A stretch of 64,000 nt of DNA from a virus. Under the pieces are notes generated by a model. It was given only the letters and a program-made list of their open reading frames with translations, was not told the origin of the DNA and ran no database searches. Shown in pieces: positions 46,496-57,505 of the stretch. The translations under genes were made by a program, and so were the position numbers. The stretch is taken from IMG/VR virus record IMGVR_UViG_3300031519_004559; one strand, given 5' to 3'. Positions within the stretch are counted from its first letter, which is position 1; every line of letters starts with the position of its first letter.

Positions 46496-49400
46496 TATAC
46501 TCTCCCTACCACAACTTCAACAATGCCTTTGCCGTCGTCTGGTTTATTACCTACTGCTTTACCAATAACTTGACCAACACCTGGCGTGTTATTAACTATT
46601 GCATAACCTGGAATACTTGCTGTTACTAACATGTCGCCTTTATTAACAAGGCCTAGTACTTTACACGGTACACGCCCTTGTAAGCCTATTGCTGTAACAT
46701 GATCACCTTGTAATGCACTGTTCATTAAGTGTGCTGGATTAGTTGATACTACACCAGCAACTCTTGTATTGCCTTTTGTATTTGTAACTGTGACTTCTTC
46801 TTCGCCGCCAAATACAACAACAGTTCCTTCTTCATAGTCTGCATCTGCTAAGTAATTCTCCGCCAAGTCAGCGTATTGTGCTGACGTTGCTGTGCCTTCA
46901 AACACAGTAGCATAGACTGTGTTCCACTTTCTTGCACTAGCGCCTAAGTTTCTATTGTTTCCAGTATCATCAGGCTCAATATGACTGTCAATTCTAGAAG
47001 TAAATGTTACAGTATCTGTTGTTGCATTACCTAGGTCAACGTTACCATTAAATGTAGCAGTTCCGCCTACGGTCATTCCAGCAACTACTGCTACAACACC
47101 ACTACCTTTTCCGTCTAGTGACAAGTTTGTATTAGTGCCGCTGTATGCTATAATTGAATCAACCTTTAAAGTATCATTAATTGCAACGCCGCCGGTGCCG
47201 TCTCCCGACAGTACTAAATCAGCATTGTTAGCTACTGTACTAATTGCATCGACATGTAGACCTGCATCATTTACGTATGCTTCAGTAGTGCCGTTGGTTA
47301 CAAATACAATAGTGTTTGCTGCACTTTCTGAAAAGCCTCCACCTGCACCTATACCGATACCAGTTGAAGTACCAGTACGTTCAGTTAGGGCTTCGATGAA
47401 GTTTGTGTATATCCAATCTGTTGATATATACCCTTCATCAGTATAACTACTTGCTGTTTGGAAATTACTTTCCGTTGCTATAGCTGTATCACCTACATCA
47501 ATACTTCCTGGGAACGCAGTTACAAGTGAAGCACTTGTTGTTCCTGTTGAATTTAATATAACAGCTTGACCTGGTGTTTTAAGTGTTAATGTTGTTCCCG
47601 TACCAGTAGTTGTTGCAACTTCGTAACTATCTGCGCCACCTAATACAAGTCCTGATACTCTAATAGCACCGTCACTTAATGTTTTAACAATTCGACTAGC
47701 TTCACCACTTACAGTAATTTCAATAGCGCCATATGTTGCAGCCGCTGTACGTATTAGAACTTCGTCTCCACTTGAGCCAAAAGCACCAAATTCACTATCT
47801 CTTAGCGCACCGCCTTGATCAAGCACTGTGTCAAAACTAATTGCTGTTACAGCACCAGCACTTGCAGCACTTCTACCTAATACAGTATCAGTTGCCACCC
47901 ATTGTAGTTTACTCGGAGTAATACCTGTTGTTGTTGAAGTACTTGTTTGTAATTCTACAAAGCCAGATGTGTGTGTAAACTCTGTATTCTTAAATGTAGC
48001 AAGTCCTAGGTCAGCTTGTGCAATTCCTGTAGCATTTGCTCTAGTACCTGCTGTACTCATAGCAAGTTTACTTTGTGCAATAGCCGCAGTTGACGACACA
48101 TCAGCATCTATTAAACTGCCTGCCTCGTACTGGAAGTTATATTCTGCACCACCAGATGTTCTTGTAACAGTTACATTAATGTCACTGCCTGCTGATTCAC
48201 TAGCGTGTGTAAGTTCTGGGAACGGTCCGCCTACGTCTGCTTGTAGTGCAGTTGTAAGACCAACTGCTGATGCAGTACCATTTGTTATAGTATCGTTGTC
48301 TGGATCAAATGTTCCTGTACTAACAGTATAAACAATTTTTCTAATACTGCCAAACTGTTCGTCAGTTAATGTTTCTAAATCTACTATAACTCCTGTAGCA
48401 GTTGGTGAGCTAGGATCGTTTTGTATTGTGTTACCAACACCAAATGTTCCGCCAGTTTCTAGTTGTGTGTAAATGATTTGCTTACCACTAAACACTGCAA
48501 GTTCGTTTGCTCCAACAGTTCCTATAGACGTGTCTCGCATCGACTTTACATTAGCAAATGCGTTAGCATTATCATCAACATAGTTTTTGTTAGTAGCATC
48601 ACTGCCACTAAGTGGATTACCTAAGTTCTGAACTTTGTTTGAGTTTAAATTTAAATTGCCCTCCATGGAACTTAGTCCATTTAGAGGAAGGAAACCTGTT
48701 CCAATTCTATTACCAGAACTAGGTATTTGTGCGCCTGACTTAACATTAAATCCTAATACTCTATTAATGTATCCGCCAACTGCTTTCTCTGTTGGTGCTG
48801 CCTGACCTGAATCATCAGCAAAACTATCATCAGCACTAAACTCATTAATAGTAACACCCTTTTTAAAGCCAAGTGCGTTAGCGTTTGATAACCCAATTTC
48901 GCCAGCAAATGTAATATCACCTGTTGCTTGGTCTACACTAAAGAACTTACCAACACGGAAGAAACCGCTTTGATCTGTACTTACAAAGAACACACGCCCT
49001 TTACGTCTTTCCCACACTTGGGCAGTTGTTGCAGTTTGGGCATCAGTATAAAAGTCAGCTAAACTATTAACTGGATCACCCAAAATAACATTTGGATAGT
49101 TTGAGTCGTTAAATCCGCCTGTACCTATCTGTGTAAAGTCGTGTCCTGTTGCTCTCATAAGTGAGATAGCAACTGTAATTTCACCTGTTGACCCTGCAGG
49201 TAAGCCTGCTGTAATTGTTCTATCATTTGCCGGCACTGCACTAGCTAAGCCTGCGCCACCGTATGCGCTAATATTTGTAGCTGCAACATCTACAAAAGTA
49301 ATAAATGCCCAGCTAGTTAAGTCTATAACTGAAGGAACACTGTCAGCACCTAGTGCTCCGCTAGTTGTGCCAGTCCATGTATCAGTAGTATTAAACGTCC

Positions 49401-52400
49401 CTGTTACATTTTGTAATTCGATAGTTGTTCCTGATACACTAGCATGTACAACGCCTGTTGCTCCTGTGTTAGCCTGTGTAATAGTTTCACCTGCGGTTAC
49501 ACTTATACTTCCTGTAGTGGTAAATTCTGCAACAGTAGTATAGTTTGTAACACCGTGTGTTTTACCACTCCAAACGAATCGCATACCGCCAAGAGCACTA
49601 TAGCCTACATCACCTGGATAAAGACCTGCTTGTGTTCTACTGTCTCTTGCAATACGTTCAGAATTATCATATAAATTTTGGGCACTTGCGACTAGTTGAC
49701 CAACAGCAAGTTTTGTATCTGCTTGTGTCGAACCGTACCCGCTGCCTAATTTAGTAGTCTTAACAGCCATATTAACAAAATCAAATCCTACTTCAAATGT
49801 AGTTGCAATTTCATCTGCTGCTAAGTCTTGACTAAAGCTATCTTTATTACTAAATGCAATACTTCTGTATGTTGAATTATCACTTTCGTCAAAGTTAATT
49901 GCTGTACTAGGTCTTGTAACTAACGTTCCAGGACTGCTAACATTGTCAAAGATGTGGTTAAAGTTGTTTCTGTATTCAACGATTGTAGCATCTGCAACAG
50001 TAGCTTGTAATGTACCAAAGTAGTCTGTTGCAGAAACGTCATCAGCTTTAAGATCTAGTTTGTAAACAAAGTTGTTATGAGTACCAGTTGCTGATCCAAA
50101 AATTGTTTGAATGTCGATTGTTAAATCATTAGTTGGTGAACTTCCGCCTATCAGTGAACCACTGATTGTAAGTGTGTCAGATGCTGAATGTCCATAACCT
50201 GGTGTACGTACTGTTACAACAGCCGCTCCTGCCGCTCCTATAACACCAGTAGCTGTAACTGTTACACTTACTGTAGTTCCAAGACCAGCTCCACTGCCTG
50301 ATGCTGCTATGTTTGCATATGTTCCGGTAGCTGCTGTAGTACCCCCTAGTGAAGCATTATCTAATGTACTTACGCCTGTTGCAATAACGTCACCGGCTTC
50401 GCCACTAACTCCGTCACCATCTATATCACTAAGATTAGTTACTGTGGATATAGCATAATTAAGTGTACCTGTTGCGCCACCGTGGTCGATAGTGATTATA
50501 CTGTTTGCACTTGGTGGAACTTTTAAGTCTGTAATATAAAAACTAGGATCTTCGTTTGCGTTTGGATACGCAGCAGAAGTAAGTGCCTTACCAGGTTGTA
50601 CCATATCGTACTTTTGAGTAATTTGATCTGGAATTTCGTTTGGATCAGCGCCTTCAGCAATTAATCCAAAGTTACCATAACCGTTAGAACAGTTTAGTCC
50701 TCTAATTTCCGAACCGTTGTTTGCATACATTGCTGTTTGACAGTAGTAGGTAAACGTTGACACTTGCTCTGAAAATGCAGCATTGTTTGCAATAAGGCCG
50801 TAGCCTAGATCGTTAATCTGTGTAAAGTCGTTCGCCAACATACTTCTGTTACCAGCAGTTTGAAGGAATATATCTCTTTCAACAGATGAGTCATCAAACT
50901 GTTCGATATCATAGCCACGTCCTGAGTTAGAACTAGCATCTAGATAAAGTGTTGCAGTACCTTGTCCTTGGTCATAGTCAGAAATTGCGTTAACTTGATA
51001 ACGTCTTCCTTCTACATAGAAAGGACATGGTAACTCCGGAGGGCGCAATCTTATACCTTCGCCTAGATCACTTTGTACAGTTATTCTAAATCTGTCTGCT
51101 GTTTCAGGCTGTCCGGTAACTCTAGTAGGCAAGTTACCAACATACGCATCAACATACATTCCGCCTCTAAACGCCTTTTTGTTAATGCTCTGTGAAAAAC
51201 TAGATGCTGTTTGAATATAAGGAGATTTAGTAAGTACCTGTCCTTGTGGATCAAGCACACACATAAATCCGCCATGCCCTTGTACAGTTACGTTACGAAT
51301 AATAGTAGCATCACTCATTAAGAATACATCAAGTGCATCGTTACGTTTAGGTGGATTATATTCTACGTTGAACACAAACGCAACTTTGTCTATTAATTGT
51401 CCAACAACTGATGCTGTTCCTGATTCGCCGGATCCTAATGTAATATCTGGTGTTTCAACAGCAAGTACTCCTGCCGCTCCAGCTGTATATTCACCGAATG
51501 TAATTGCATTGGATATTGCACTAACAAAAGTGTGAGCTGATGTTTCCGATGATGTTCCAACATTAACTGTAATCGTATTAGCAGTTTTTGCAGTAATTTC
51601 TAACTTAGTTTGGAATGCTGGATCTGTTGCTCTTGGGAATGTAACCGCAGTTGCGTTTCCATCTGATCCACATGTAAATGTAAACCCATTTAGCTCAATC
51701 TCAATATACTGTCCAACTGTTAAACTGTGTGACCCAATAGTTGCTACTAATACACCTGTTAGAGGATTGTAAGTAGCGTTAGTTGGTGTAAATTGTGCTT
51801 CTACAACAGTGTAGTTAGGAGCTGCACCTGTTAATAGTGCATTAGCAAGTGTACTAATATTTCGTATAGCTGCCTCTGTTGCTATTTCTTGTGTACTGTC
51901 GCCAAGTTGTGTTAGGTAGTCTCTGTCACTGCCTGTAAGCAATGAATGATATGACCCTTGCACTTCTAGTGTCTTTACTTCGCCACCGGAAACTAAATCC
52001 GCTATTAATGCATCAACAATAAGTTTTGTATCTCTTCTACACTTTGTTGCTGAGTAAACTAGAGATGGAAATCTATCACTAATATATCTAATAGTTTCTT
52101 CTACAATGTAATCTTTATTCTCTGATATAATACTTGAAGCAGTTGAATATAACCCTACGTTTGTTACTGTGGGTCCTAAGTTAAGTGCCTTGCCAGCATC
52201 AGCAAGATAATGGTATCCAAACTTACCTTGGGCTATACCGTCTTGGTTAAAGAAGTCAGTACCGCCATTGTTAATTGTTAATCCGTCAAATGTGTTATCT
52301 CTATAGAAATATAAGTTAGCCCATTTACTTTGCGATATTCTAGGTACTCTGCTATCAGTTTCAGATTTTGGTTTAATAACAACTCGTCTAAATTCATCAC

Positions 52401-55026
52401 CTTTAAGCGAAACGTTATTAGATAATCTAATAGGATAATCTTCTTCGTAGATTCCTGTTTCGACCATAATAGTAACTTGCTTTTGCGCAATAAAGTTGCC
52501 GTACTCTAAAGGCTCTTCAGGTTCAAAGTCCTTTGCACTTAACAAGTGAACTTGGAAAACTGTTGGTCCAGGTTCTAATGAGCCAGTCTGTGGATCAGTT
52601 GCTGCTTCAGCACTTACGTTATTTGTAAAACTTACAATCTGACCAACTGCTTCAGACCGCTTACCTCTAATAACTTTACCAGGAAGTGCATCAGTATTAC
52701 TAGGATTAGTTTGATCAGTATTACTAGCTGCACCATTAGTAACAACAATTTTATATGTACTTCCGTATACAGTGTCGCCGCCTGAGTCTAGGCCGCCTTG
52801 AATAATTGTATTAACTAAATTAAATTTAGCTTGTATAGCAGTTACAGCATTTGGATCCGCATCCAAGTCATTAGCAATAGCTGTTGGTTGACTTGCTGCT
52901 CCTAAATTGCCACTTACATTGCCAGTAAACTGATTTGCTGTTGTTAGTGTGCCAGTAGTTTGCTCTAATTGTATAGTACTGCCGCTTGATACACTAGCAC
53001 GAACAACACCAGTAGCGCCACTACCTGCTTGTGTTAGTGTCTCGCCTGCTGATACACTTACGTTTCCTGTAAGTGTAAGGGTGAATACTGTTCCTAAGTC
53101 TAAGTATTGATTTTCATCTATTTGGAAAACTTGACCTAATATACCTGTTGTAAACGCTGTAAATGATGATGTATTATAAGGCGTAGTTAGAGCTGCATCG
53201 TTATACAATTCAAATGTTTGTACACCAGTAACCTTAACATACTTTTTAGTATTAGTGGTTATCTCTACCATACCAGCTATATTTCTAAATACAACAATAT
53301 CTTTATCTACTAGTCCGTGTGCTGTACTAGTTGTAACTGCTGATATTGCTCCTACTGTAATTGATGTAATAGTTTTTTGGTTGTAAAGATCATTTGTTAA
53401 ACATACTGTTGCAATGTTTCTAGCAGCAACAATGCCTGCAACAGTTTCTGAAAGTTGAGACGTAATTGCAATTCTAGCACTAACACTAGAATAATAACGT
53501 TGTGCTGCTTGCTGTGTTAAATAGTTGGCTGAAAGGCCTCTGTTAATATCTAAAGAAATAGCATCAATAATTAGCCCAGTGTCTCTTTGACATAGTGATT
53601 TGCTATAAGCAAAGTTTGGAAAAGTTTTATTAATAAACCCTATAACTTCTGCGGCAATATAATTTCTATTACCATCAAGTAATTTTCTTGCTTGTTCGTA
53701 AACAGGCGTTTCGACATCTGCGTTAATAACCACTGCATCTTTTGTAAATGCTGTATGTGTCAACGTCTGCATATAGTTGCCAGGTACTTTTGGAGCACTT
53801 CTAATTAACTCTTCAGCACGTTTTGCTGCCGCATTAATACTACCAAATGCATATGTATACGAAGTTCCTTCTTTGCCTGAAGGAACGCCAGACATTAAGT
53901 CGTCACCTTTAGTGCTTACAAATAACGCTTCAGGAGAACTGTATGCTGTATTATCAACATAATATTTTGTAGCTGCCTGTAAATCTTCAGTACCATTAGG
54001 TGATCCTCTACCTGCTAGTTCGCCAGGATGATCGGAAAGTGTTAATATGCCTTCCATAGTATCGCCCTGCCTACGCACAGTTGCGTCTCTTGGCATAGCA
54101 GTGTCATCTAAGAAATTTCCTGCTAGTGTAGCATCAAGACTTGCATCAACTATAGTGTGAGTATCGTCAGCAGCAATAACTCCTGCTGGATTAATCTTAA
54201 ACGATTCTGCATCTGCACTTGAATCTGTAATAGCATATGCTTTATTAGTTTCTGTATATAGATCTAATCTTGTTGGTGAAACTACTCTTAAATAATATGT
54301 TGTTCCTGAAACAAGGTTAGTTGGATCTGTATCTTCAGCATTAAACTTTATAGCTGTACCGTTTGAACCACTTTCTAAACCGTGGCCACCGCTTTGTAAA
54401 GCCTGTGCAACATTGTAATGTGAATTAATAACTAAACTGTCGTCAGTATATGATGCAATTTCCCATGTATACTGTAATTTTCCAGTCGGCTCTTCTGCAA
54501 CACGTAACGGCAATCCTGAAGTAATATATCGTTGATCTGCATACCCTTTAGTAATTACAAGATCGTCAATAGTAATTCCACTTAGGTTAGAATGCTGAGT
54601 ATTCATATCTTCAGCTGCGGCTTGACTAATACCAACATTAGCAATACCATTTCCGCCTGCATCTAACGGCCCACTTAATGTTGGAGTTAGATCGTCACTC
54701 ATTTGAGTAAACGAACTTGAAATAACTAACTTGCCGGCAACATCATAACTAAATGTAATAGTGTCTGCTGCACCGCCTCCTAAGTCACTGTTGGATCCAA
54801 GTGTTACTAATTGAACGAGCGTACCTGCATCGTTTACTAGCGGTATAGTATTAGGTGTTAGGGTGTCTGGTGTATCACTTAGTGTAGAAAATGTTATCTG
54901 TCCTCCAACACCAAATACAGCATATAGTTCACTAAAGTTTTCGTTCGTTTTGCGAAACGATTCTCTAATACTATCGCCAGTGCCATCGTTACCTTCTACA
55001 CCAATGTTTACATCTTGCTTTGCCAT
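46495..55026 (-). CDS. giant (2843 aa) tail fibre/baseplate structural protein
   Basis: gp9/gp10-like N-terminus, ATK.YVD fibre motifs, CxRD repeats, C-terminal YADLAE...GRVPCKV chaperone-like domain. Confidence 0.8.
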   Translation of the reverse strand: MAKQDVNIGVEGNDGTGDSIRESFRKTNENFSELYAVFGVGGQITFSTLSDTPDTLTPNTIPLVNDAGTLVQLVTLGSNSDLGGGAADTITFSYDVAGKLVISSSFTQMSDDLTPTLSGPLDAGGNGIANVGISQAAAEDMNTQHSNLSGITIDDLVITKGYADQRYITSGLPLRVAEEPTGKLQYTWEIASYTDDSLVINSHYNVAQALQSGGHGLESGSNGTAIKFNAEDTDPTNLVSGTTYYLRVVSPTRLDLYTETNKAYAITDSSADAESFKINPAGVIAADDTHTIVDASLDATLAGNFLDDTAMPRDATVRRQGDTMEGILTLSDHPGELAGRGSPNGTEDLQAATKYYVDNTAYSSPEALFVSTKGDDLMSGVPSGKEGTSYTYAFGSINAAAKRAEELIRSAPKVPGNYMQTLTHTAFTKDAVVINADVETPVYEQARKLLDGNRNYIAAEVIGFINKTFPNFAYSKSLCQRDTGLIIDAISLDINRGLSANYLTQQAAQRYYSSVSARIAITSQLSETVAGIVAARNIATVCLTNDLYNQKTITSITVGAISAVTTSTAHGLVDKDIVVFRNIAGMVEITTNTKKYVKVTGVQTFELYNDAALTTPYNTSSFTAFTTGILGQVFQIDENQYLDLGTVFTLTLTGNVSVSAGETLTQAGSGATGVVRASVSSGSTIQLEQTTGTLTTANQFTGNVSGNLGAASQPTAIANDLDADPNAVTAIQAKFNLVNTIIQGGLDSGGDTVYGSTYKIVVTNGAASNTDQTNPSNTDALPGKVIRGKRSEAVGQIVSFTNNVSAEAATDPQTGSLEPGPTVFQVHLLSAKDFEPEEPLEYGNFIAQKQVTIMVETGIYEEDYPIRLSNNVSLKGDEFRRVVIKPKSETDSRVPRISQSKWANLYFYRDNTFDGLTINNGGTDFFNQDGIAQGKFGYHYLADAGKALNLGPTVTNVGLYSTASSIISENKDYIVEETIRYISDRFPSLVYSATKCRRDTKLIVDALIADLVSGGEVKTLEVQGSYHSLLTGSDRDYLTQLGDSTQEIATEAAIRNISTLANALLTGAAPNYTVVEAQFTPTNATYNPLTGVLVATIGSHSLTVGQYIEIELNGFTFTCGSDGNATAVTFPRATDPAFQTKLEITAKTANTITVNVGTSSETSAHTFVSAISNAITFGEYTAGAAGVLAVETPDITLGSGESGTASVVGQLIDKVAFVFNVEYNPPKRNDALDVFLMSDATIIRNVTVQGHGGFMCVLDPQGQVLTKSPYIQTASSFSQSINKKAFRGGMYVDAYVGNLPTRVTGQPETADRFRITVQSDLGEGIRLRPPELPCPFYVEGRRYQVNAISDYDQGQGTATLYLDASSNSGRGYDIEQFDDSSVERDIFLQTAGNRSMLANDFTQINDLGYGLIANNAAFSEQVSTFTYYCQTAMYANNGSEIRGLNCSNGYGNFGLIAEGADPNEIPDQITQKYDMVQPGKALTSAAYPNANEDPSFYITDLKVPPSANSIITIDHGGATGTLNYAISTVTNLSDIDGDGVSGEAGDVIATGVSTLDNASLGGTTAATGTYANIAASGSGAGLGTTVSVTVTATGVIGAAGAAVVTVRTPGYGHSASDTLTISGSLIGGSSPTNDLTIDIQTIFGSATGTHNNFVYKLDLKADDVSATDYFGTLQATVADATIVEYRNNFNHIFDNVSSPGTLVTRPSTAINFDESDNSTYRSIAFSNKDSFSQDLAADEIATTFEVGFDFVNMAVKTTKLGSGYGSTQADTKLAVGQLVASAQNLYDNSERIARDSRTQAGLYPGDVGYSALGGMRFVWSGKTHGVTNYTTVAEFTTTGSISVTAGETITQANTGATGVVHASVSGTTIELQNVTGTFNTTDTWTGTTSGALGADSVPSVIDLTSWAFITFVDVAATNISAYGGAGLASAVPANDRTITAGLPAGSTGEITVAISLMRATGHDFTQIGTGGFNDSNYPNVILGDPVNSLADFYTDAQTATTAQVWERRKGRVFFVSTDQSGFFRVGKFFSVDQATGDITFAGEIGLSNANALGFKKGVTINEFSADDSFADDSGQAAPTEKAVGGYINRVLGFNVKSGAQIPSSGNRIGTGFLPLNGLSSMEGNLNLNSNKVQNLGNPLSGSDATNKNYVDDNANAFANVKSMRDTSIGTVGANELAVFSGKQIIYTQLETGGTFGVGNTIQNDPSSPTATGVIVDLETLTDEQFGSIRKIVYTVSTGTFDPDNDTITNGTASAVGLTTALQADVGGPFPELTHASESAGSDINVTVTRTSGGAEYNFQYEAGSLIDADVSSTAAIAQSKLAMSTAGTRANATGIAQADLGLATFKNTEFTHTSGFVELQTSTSTTTGITPSKLQWVATDTVLGRSAASAGAVTAISFDTVLDQGGALRDSEFGAFGSSGDEVLIRTAAATYGAIEITVSGEASRIVKTLSDGAIRVSGLVLGGADSYEVATTTGTGTTLTLKTPGQAVILNSTGTTSASLVTAFPGSIDVGDTAIATESNFQTASSYTDEGYISTDWIYTNFIEALTERTGTSTGIGIGAGGGFSESAANTIVFVTNGTTEAYVNDAGLHVDAISTVANNADLVLSGDGTGGVAINDTLKVDSIIAYSGTNTNLSLDGKGSGVVAVVAGMTVGGTATFNGNVDLGNATTDTVTFTSRIDSHIEPDDTGNNRNLGASARKWNTVYATVFEGTATSAQYADLAENYLADADYEEGTVVVFGGEEEVTVTNTKGNTRVAGVVSTNPAHLMNSALQGDHVTAIGLQGRVPCKVLGLVNKGDMLVTASIPGYAIVNNTPGVGQVIGKAVGNKPDDGKGIVEVVVGRV

Positions 55027-55040
55027 CTATCTTGCTCCGT

Positions 55041-55403
55041 TTATATTGCTGGGATTGCTAATTTGTCTACGTCAAAGTTTACACTTACGCCGCATCCACA
55101 CGCTGATTGTGCGTTAGGGTTATTAACTTCAAATGTTGCACCCATTATATTTTTAACATAATCTATTTCTGTACCTATCATGAACATTACTGCTGTAGAT
55201 CCAACTACAAACTTACCTGTAATAGAATCAATAACTATATCGTTTGCTTCTAAATCAGCTTCTGTTGCTACTGTAGCCCAATCGTATTCAAAACCTGCGC
55301 AGCCTCCGCCTTTTAAGTTAAGACTAACGGCATAGCTGTCATTTTCCTCGCATATTCTATCAATTTGTGCTTTCGCAGTATCAGTTAGTCTACAGATTGT
55401 CAT
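55041..55403 (-). CDS. second A-type Fe-S carrier (IscA/ErpA/SufA family)
   Basis: GGGCAGFEY, ACGCGVS. Confidence 0.9.
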   Translation of the reverse strand: MTICRLTDTAKAQIDRICEENDSYAVSLNLKGGGCAGFEYDWATVATEADLEANDIVIDSITGKFVVGSTAVMFMIGTEIDYVKNIMGATFEVNNPNAQSACGCGVSVNFDVDKLAIPAI

Positions 55404-55465
55404 AATAGTATCCTTGTTATATGTATTTATCGTTACGTTTTATAATCTTAATGTTAAATATACTT

Positions 55466-55753
55466 ATGTTCATAAGAGAATTCCAAAAAGAAACCAGGCA
55501 TACTCGTAAAAGTAAAACGGGCAAGGAACACGCCTACAAGCGTGATATTACATATTGTGTATTTAGATGTGATAATTGTGATGCAGAGTTTGAACGTGCT
55601 AGAGGTAGCATGGATCCAAAGAGATTAAACAATTCTTACTTTCACGTATGTAAGAACTGTGATAGTAAGAAATTTGCACAACGAAAAGGTGTTGAAAAGA
55701 AGCAGATGTGGGATTTACCTGCTTCTAGTACTTTAGATATTAGTAAACTTTAG
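55466..55753 (+). CDS. small Zn-finger protein
   Basis: CDNC...CKNC; TAAATA 5 nt before ATG. Confidence 0.65.
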   Translation: MFIREFQKETRHTRKSKTGKEHAYKRDITYCVFRCDNCDAEFERARGSMDPKRLNNSYFHVCKNCDSKKFAQRKGVEKKQMWDLPASSTLDISKL

Positions 55754-55914
55754 TCTTCTTTACTATAAATTGCCCAAGCACCGTATGCAATAGCTGCATA
55801 TGCCGCCAGTTTAGCAAATGGTCCTGCAATTAGTACAACAACGCCAACAGCAATTAATGCTGCTCCGTTCCAAGATGTACGTTCTTCTATTCTATCTTTA
55901 ATCCAATTTTTCAT
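55750..55914 (-). CDS. 54-aa membrane protein (not in ORF track)
   Basis: MKNWIKDRIEERTSWNGAALIAVG...; SD GGAGGAG. Confidence 0.65.
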   Translation of the reverse strand: MKNWIKDRIEERTSWNGAALIAVGVVVLIAGPFAKLAAYAAIAYGAWAIYSKED

Positions 55915-55926
55915 AATATTCTCCTC

Positions 55927-56097
55927 CTAATACTTCCAACCGTCTTTTTTAACAGTCCCGTTTGTATTTTTAACTTTTTCAGGTGTTGGAAATTTGTATT
56001 CTTTTATCACAGGGACATATGTTACAGGTCCTGTATCAATGCGGATGCCTCGTACTTTATCCAAAGATAAGTTCTTTTTTAACCCTTTTGTTTTCAT
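55927..56097 (-). CDS. 56-aa basic hypothetical protein (not in ORF track)
   Basis: SD AGGAG before MKTKGLKK. Confidence 0.5.
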   Translation of the reverse strand: MKTKGLKKNLSLDKVRGIRIDTGPVTYVPVIKEYKFPTPEKVKNTNGTVKKDGWKY

Positions 56098-57127
56098 GTT
56101 TGTCTCCTATGCAGTATTTATATAAATTGATACTTGCTAAGTTTTTCATCTTAGACTCACACATGATATCTGCGTAAGGTAAGAAGCTAAGTGCATAGTC
56201 ATTTACTACATTATTGGGATACCAATCACTGTGCGCACGTAGCTTGCCTTTCTTGTAGCCTGCTTCTAATAACGCTGCCTTGTCAGGTAACGTATTGTGT
56301 GCGTAGCCTTCGGGCAACTGCTCTGTTCTACTGTAGCTGTAATGTATTGCAGGTCGTACGCCGCGCCAGCTATCAATTACACGCTTAAATCTATCGTCAG
56401 TGGGCTGGATATATTCTCCTTCACGACACCAGTGGTGGTGTATGTCAAGCACGAGGGCGCAGTGTTTTTCAAGTTCAAGGCTGTCTGCGATTCCCCATTT
56501 GTTTTCGTCGTTTTCAATGGTAATACAGTTTCGTGCTTCTGGAGACAATCGTTGTAGTGCGTCGATGATACCGGCTGGACCTCTGCGTCCTGAGATGTGG
56601 ACGTTACACTTGAAGTCTTGCCAATTCTTGCCGTAGCCCATCCACCTAATGACATCCGTGTGATATTCAAATTCTTCTATGCTCCTCTCAACGATTTCAC
56701 TGCTGTCGCTCGCAAGTACAGTAAATTGGCCTGGGTGCATCGATAGTCGGACATCGAGGGCTCTTGCCGTATCACCAACCTTGGCGAACTCTCGTTCTGC
56801 ATATGCAACCACATCAGGCCTGCGCCAATAATAACTCCAATCACGCTGGGTATAAACAGGTAAAACATCACTGCCCAATCTAACCATTCTAAGTTGTGGA
56901 GGAAGAGATCCAACATATTCAATCAACCTTTTGTATGCGGCAATGTTGTGTACCATAATGTCCCACAAGCGTTGCTCGGCTTCTTCACGTGTCTGACGGT
57001 TAAGCCACTGTACTGTCGTCGACTTTGTATTTAGCGGCCGTTGTATTTCTTCTAGTACTTTCTTCGTCTGCGTTTGATCATAATGCATATACTTACATGC
57101 AAAACCTATACGTTGTTGTGTTACCAT
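56057..57127 (-). CDS. uvsE: UV damage endonuclease
   Basis: RIGFAC, RLGSD, RLSMHPGQF, IEND, LDIHHH, HSD, ESKMK. Confidence 0.9.
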   Translation of the reverse strand: MVTQQRIGFACKYMHYDQTQTKKVLEEIQRPLNTKSTTVQWLNRQTREEAEQRLWDIMVHNIAAYKRLIEYVGSLPPQLRMVRLGSDVLPVYTQRDWSYYWRRPDVVAYAEREFAKVGDTARALDVRLSMHPGQFTVLASDSSEIVERSIEEFEYHTDVIRWMGYGKNWQDFKCNVHISGRRGPAGIIDALQRLSPEARNCITIENDENKWGIADSLELEKHCALVLDIHHHWCREGEYIQPTDDRFKRVIDSWRGVRPAIHYSYSRTEQLPEGYAHNTLPDKAALLEAGYKKGKLRAHSDWYPNNVVNDYALSFLPYADIMCESKMKNLASINLYKYCIGDKHENKRVKKELIFG

Positions 57128-57238
57128 TTTCTATACCTGCCGTCTAGTTCGTGTGTGCCTGAATTATGTATTGCCCACTCTACGCAATTATGCCAAGCAT
57201 AACCTTTTTGCCTCAAGTAAGTATACCATTGTTTGTAT

Positions 57239-57267
57239 AGTATAACACGTTTCTTAATGCGTGTCAA
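57239..57267 (-). promoter_or_regulatory. sigma70 promoter TTGACA-N17-TATACT upstream of uvsE
   Basis: Direct sequence. Confidence 0.7.
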
Positions 57268-57274
57268 GAGAGTT

Positions 57275-57505
57275 TTAATACTTCTCGCCATTAATAATAT
57301 CATCCAGTGCTTTAATGGTCACAGTGTAGTGGAGATTCGCACCCCACGTTTCGCATTGCGTATCGCAGTATTCTTTTCCTGCTTTGTCAGCAAGTTCTTT
57401 ACTGCTATACACTCCGCGAAACTCTTGTTGAAATGTGTCAGATGCGATACGCTCTTTGTTATAGGTATGCACTGCATATATATTAGTAGTTGTATTCATA
57501 CCCAC
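57275..57505 (-). CDS. hypothetical protein
   Basis: Operon packing. Confidence 0.55.
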   Translation of the reverse strand: MGMNTTTNIYAVHTYNKERIASDTFQQEFRGVYSSKELADKAGKEYCDTQCETWGANLHYTVTIKALDDIINGEKY

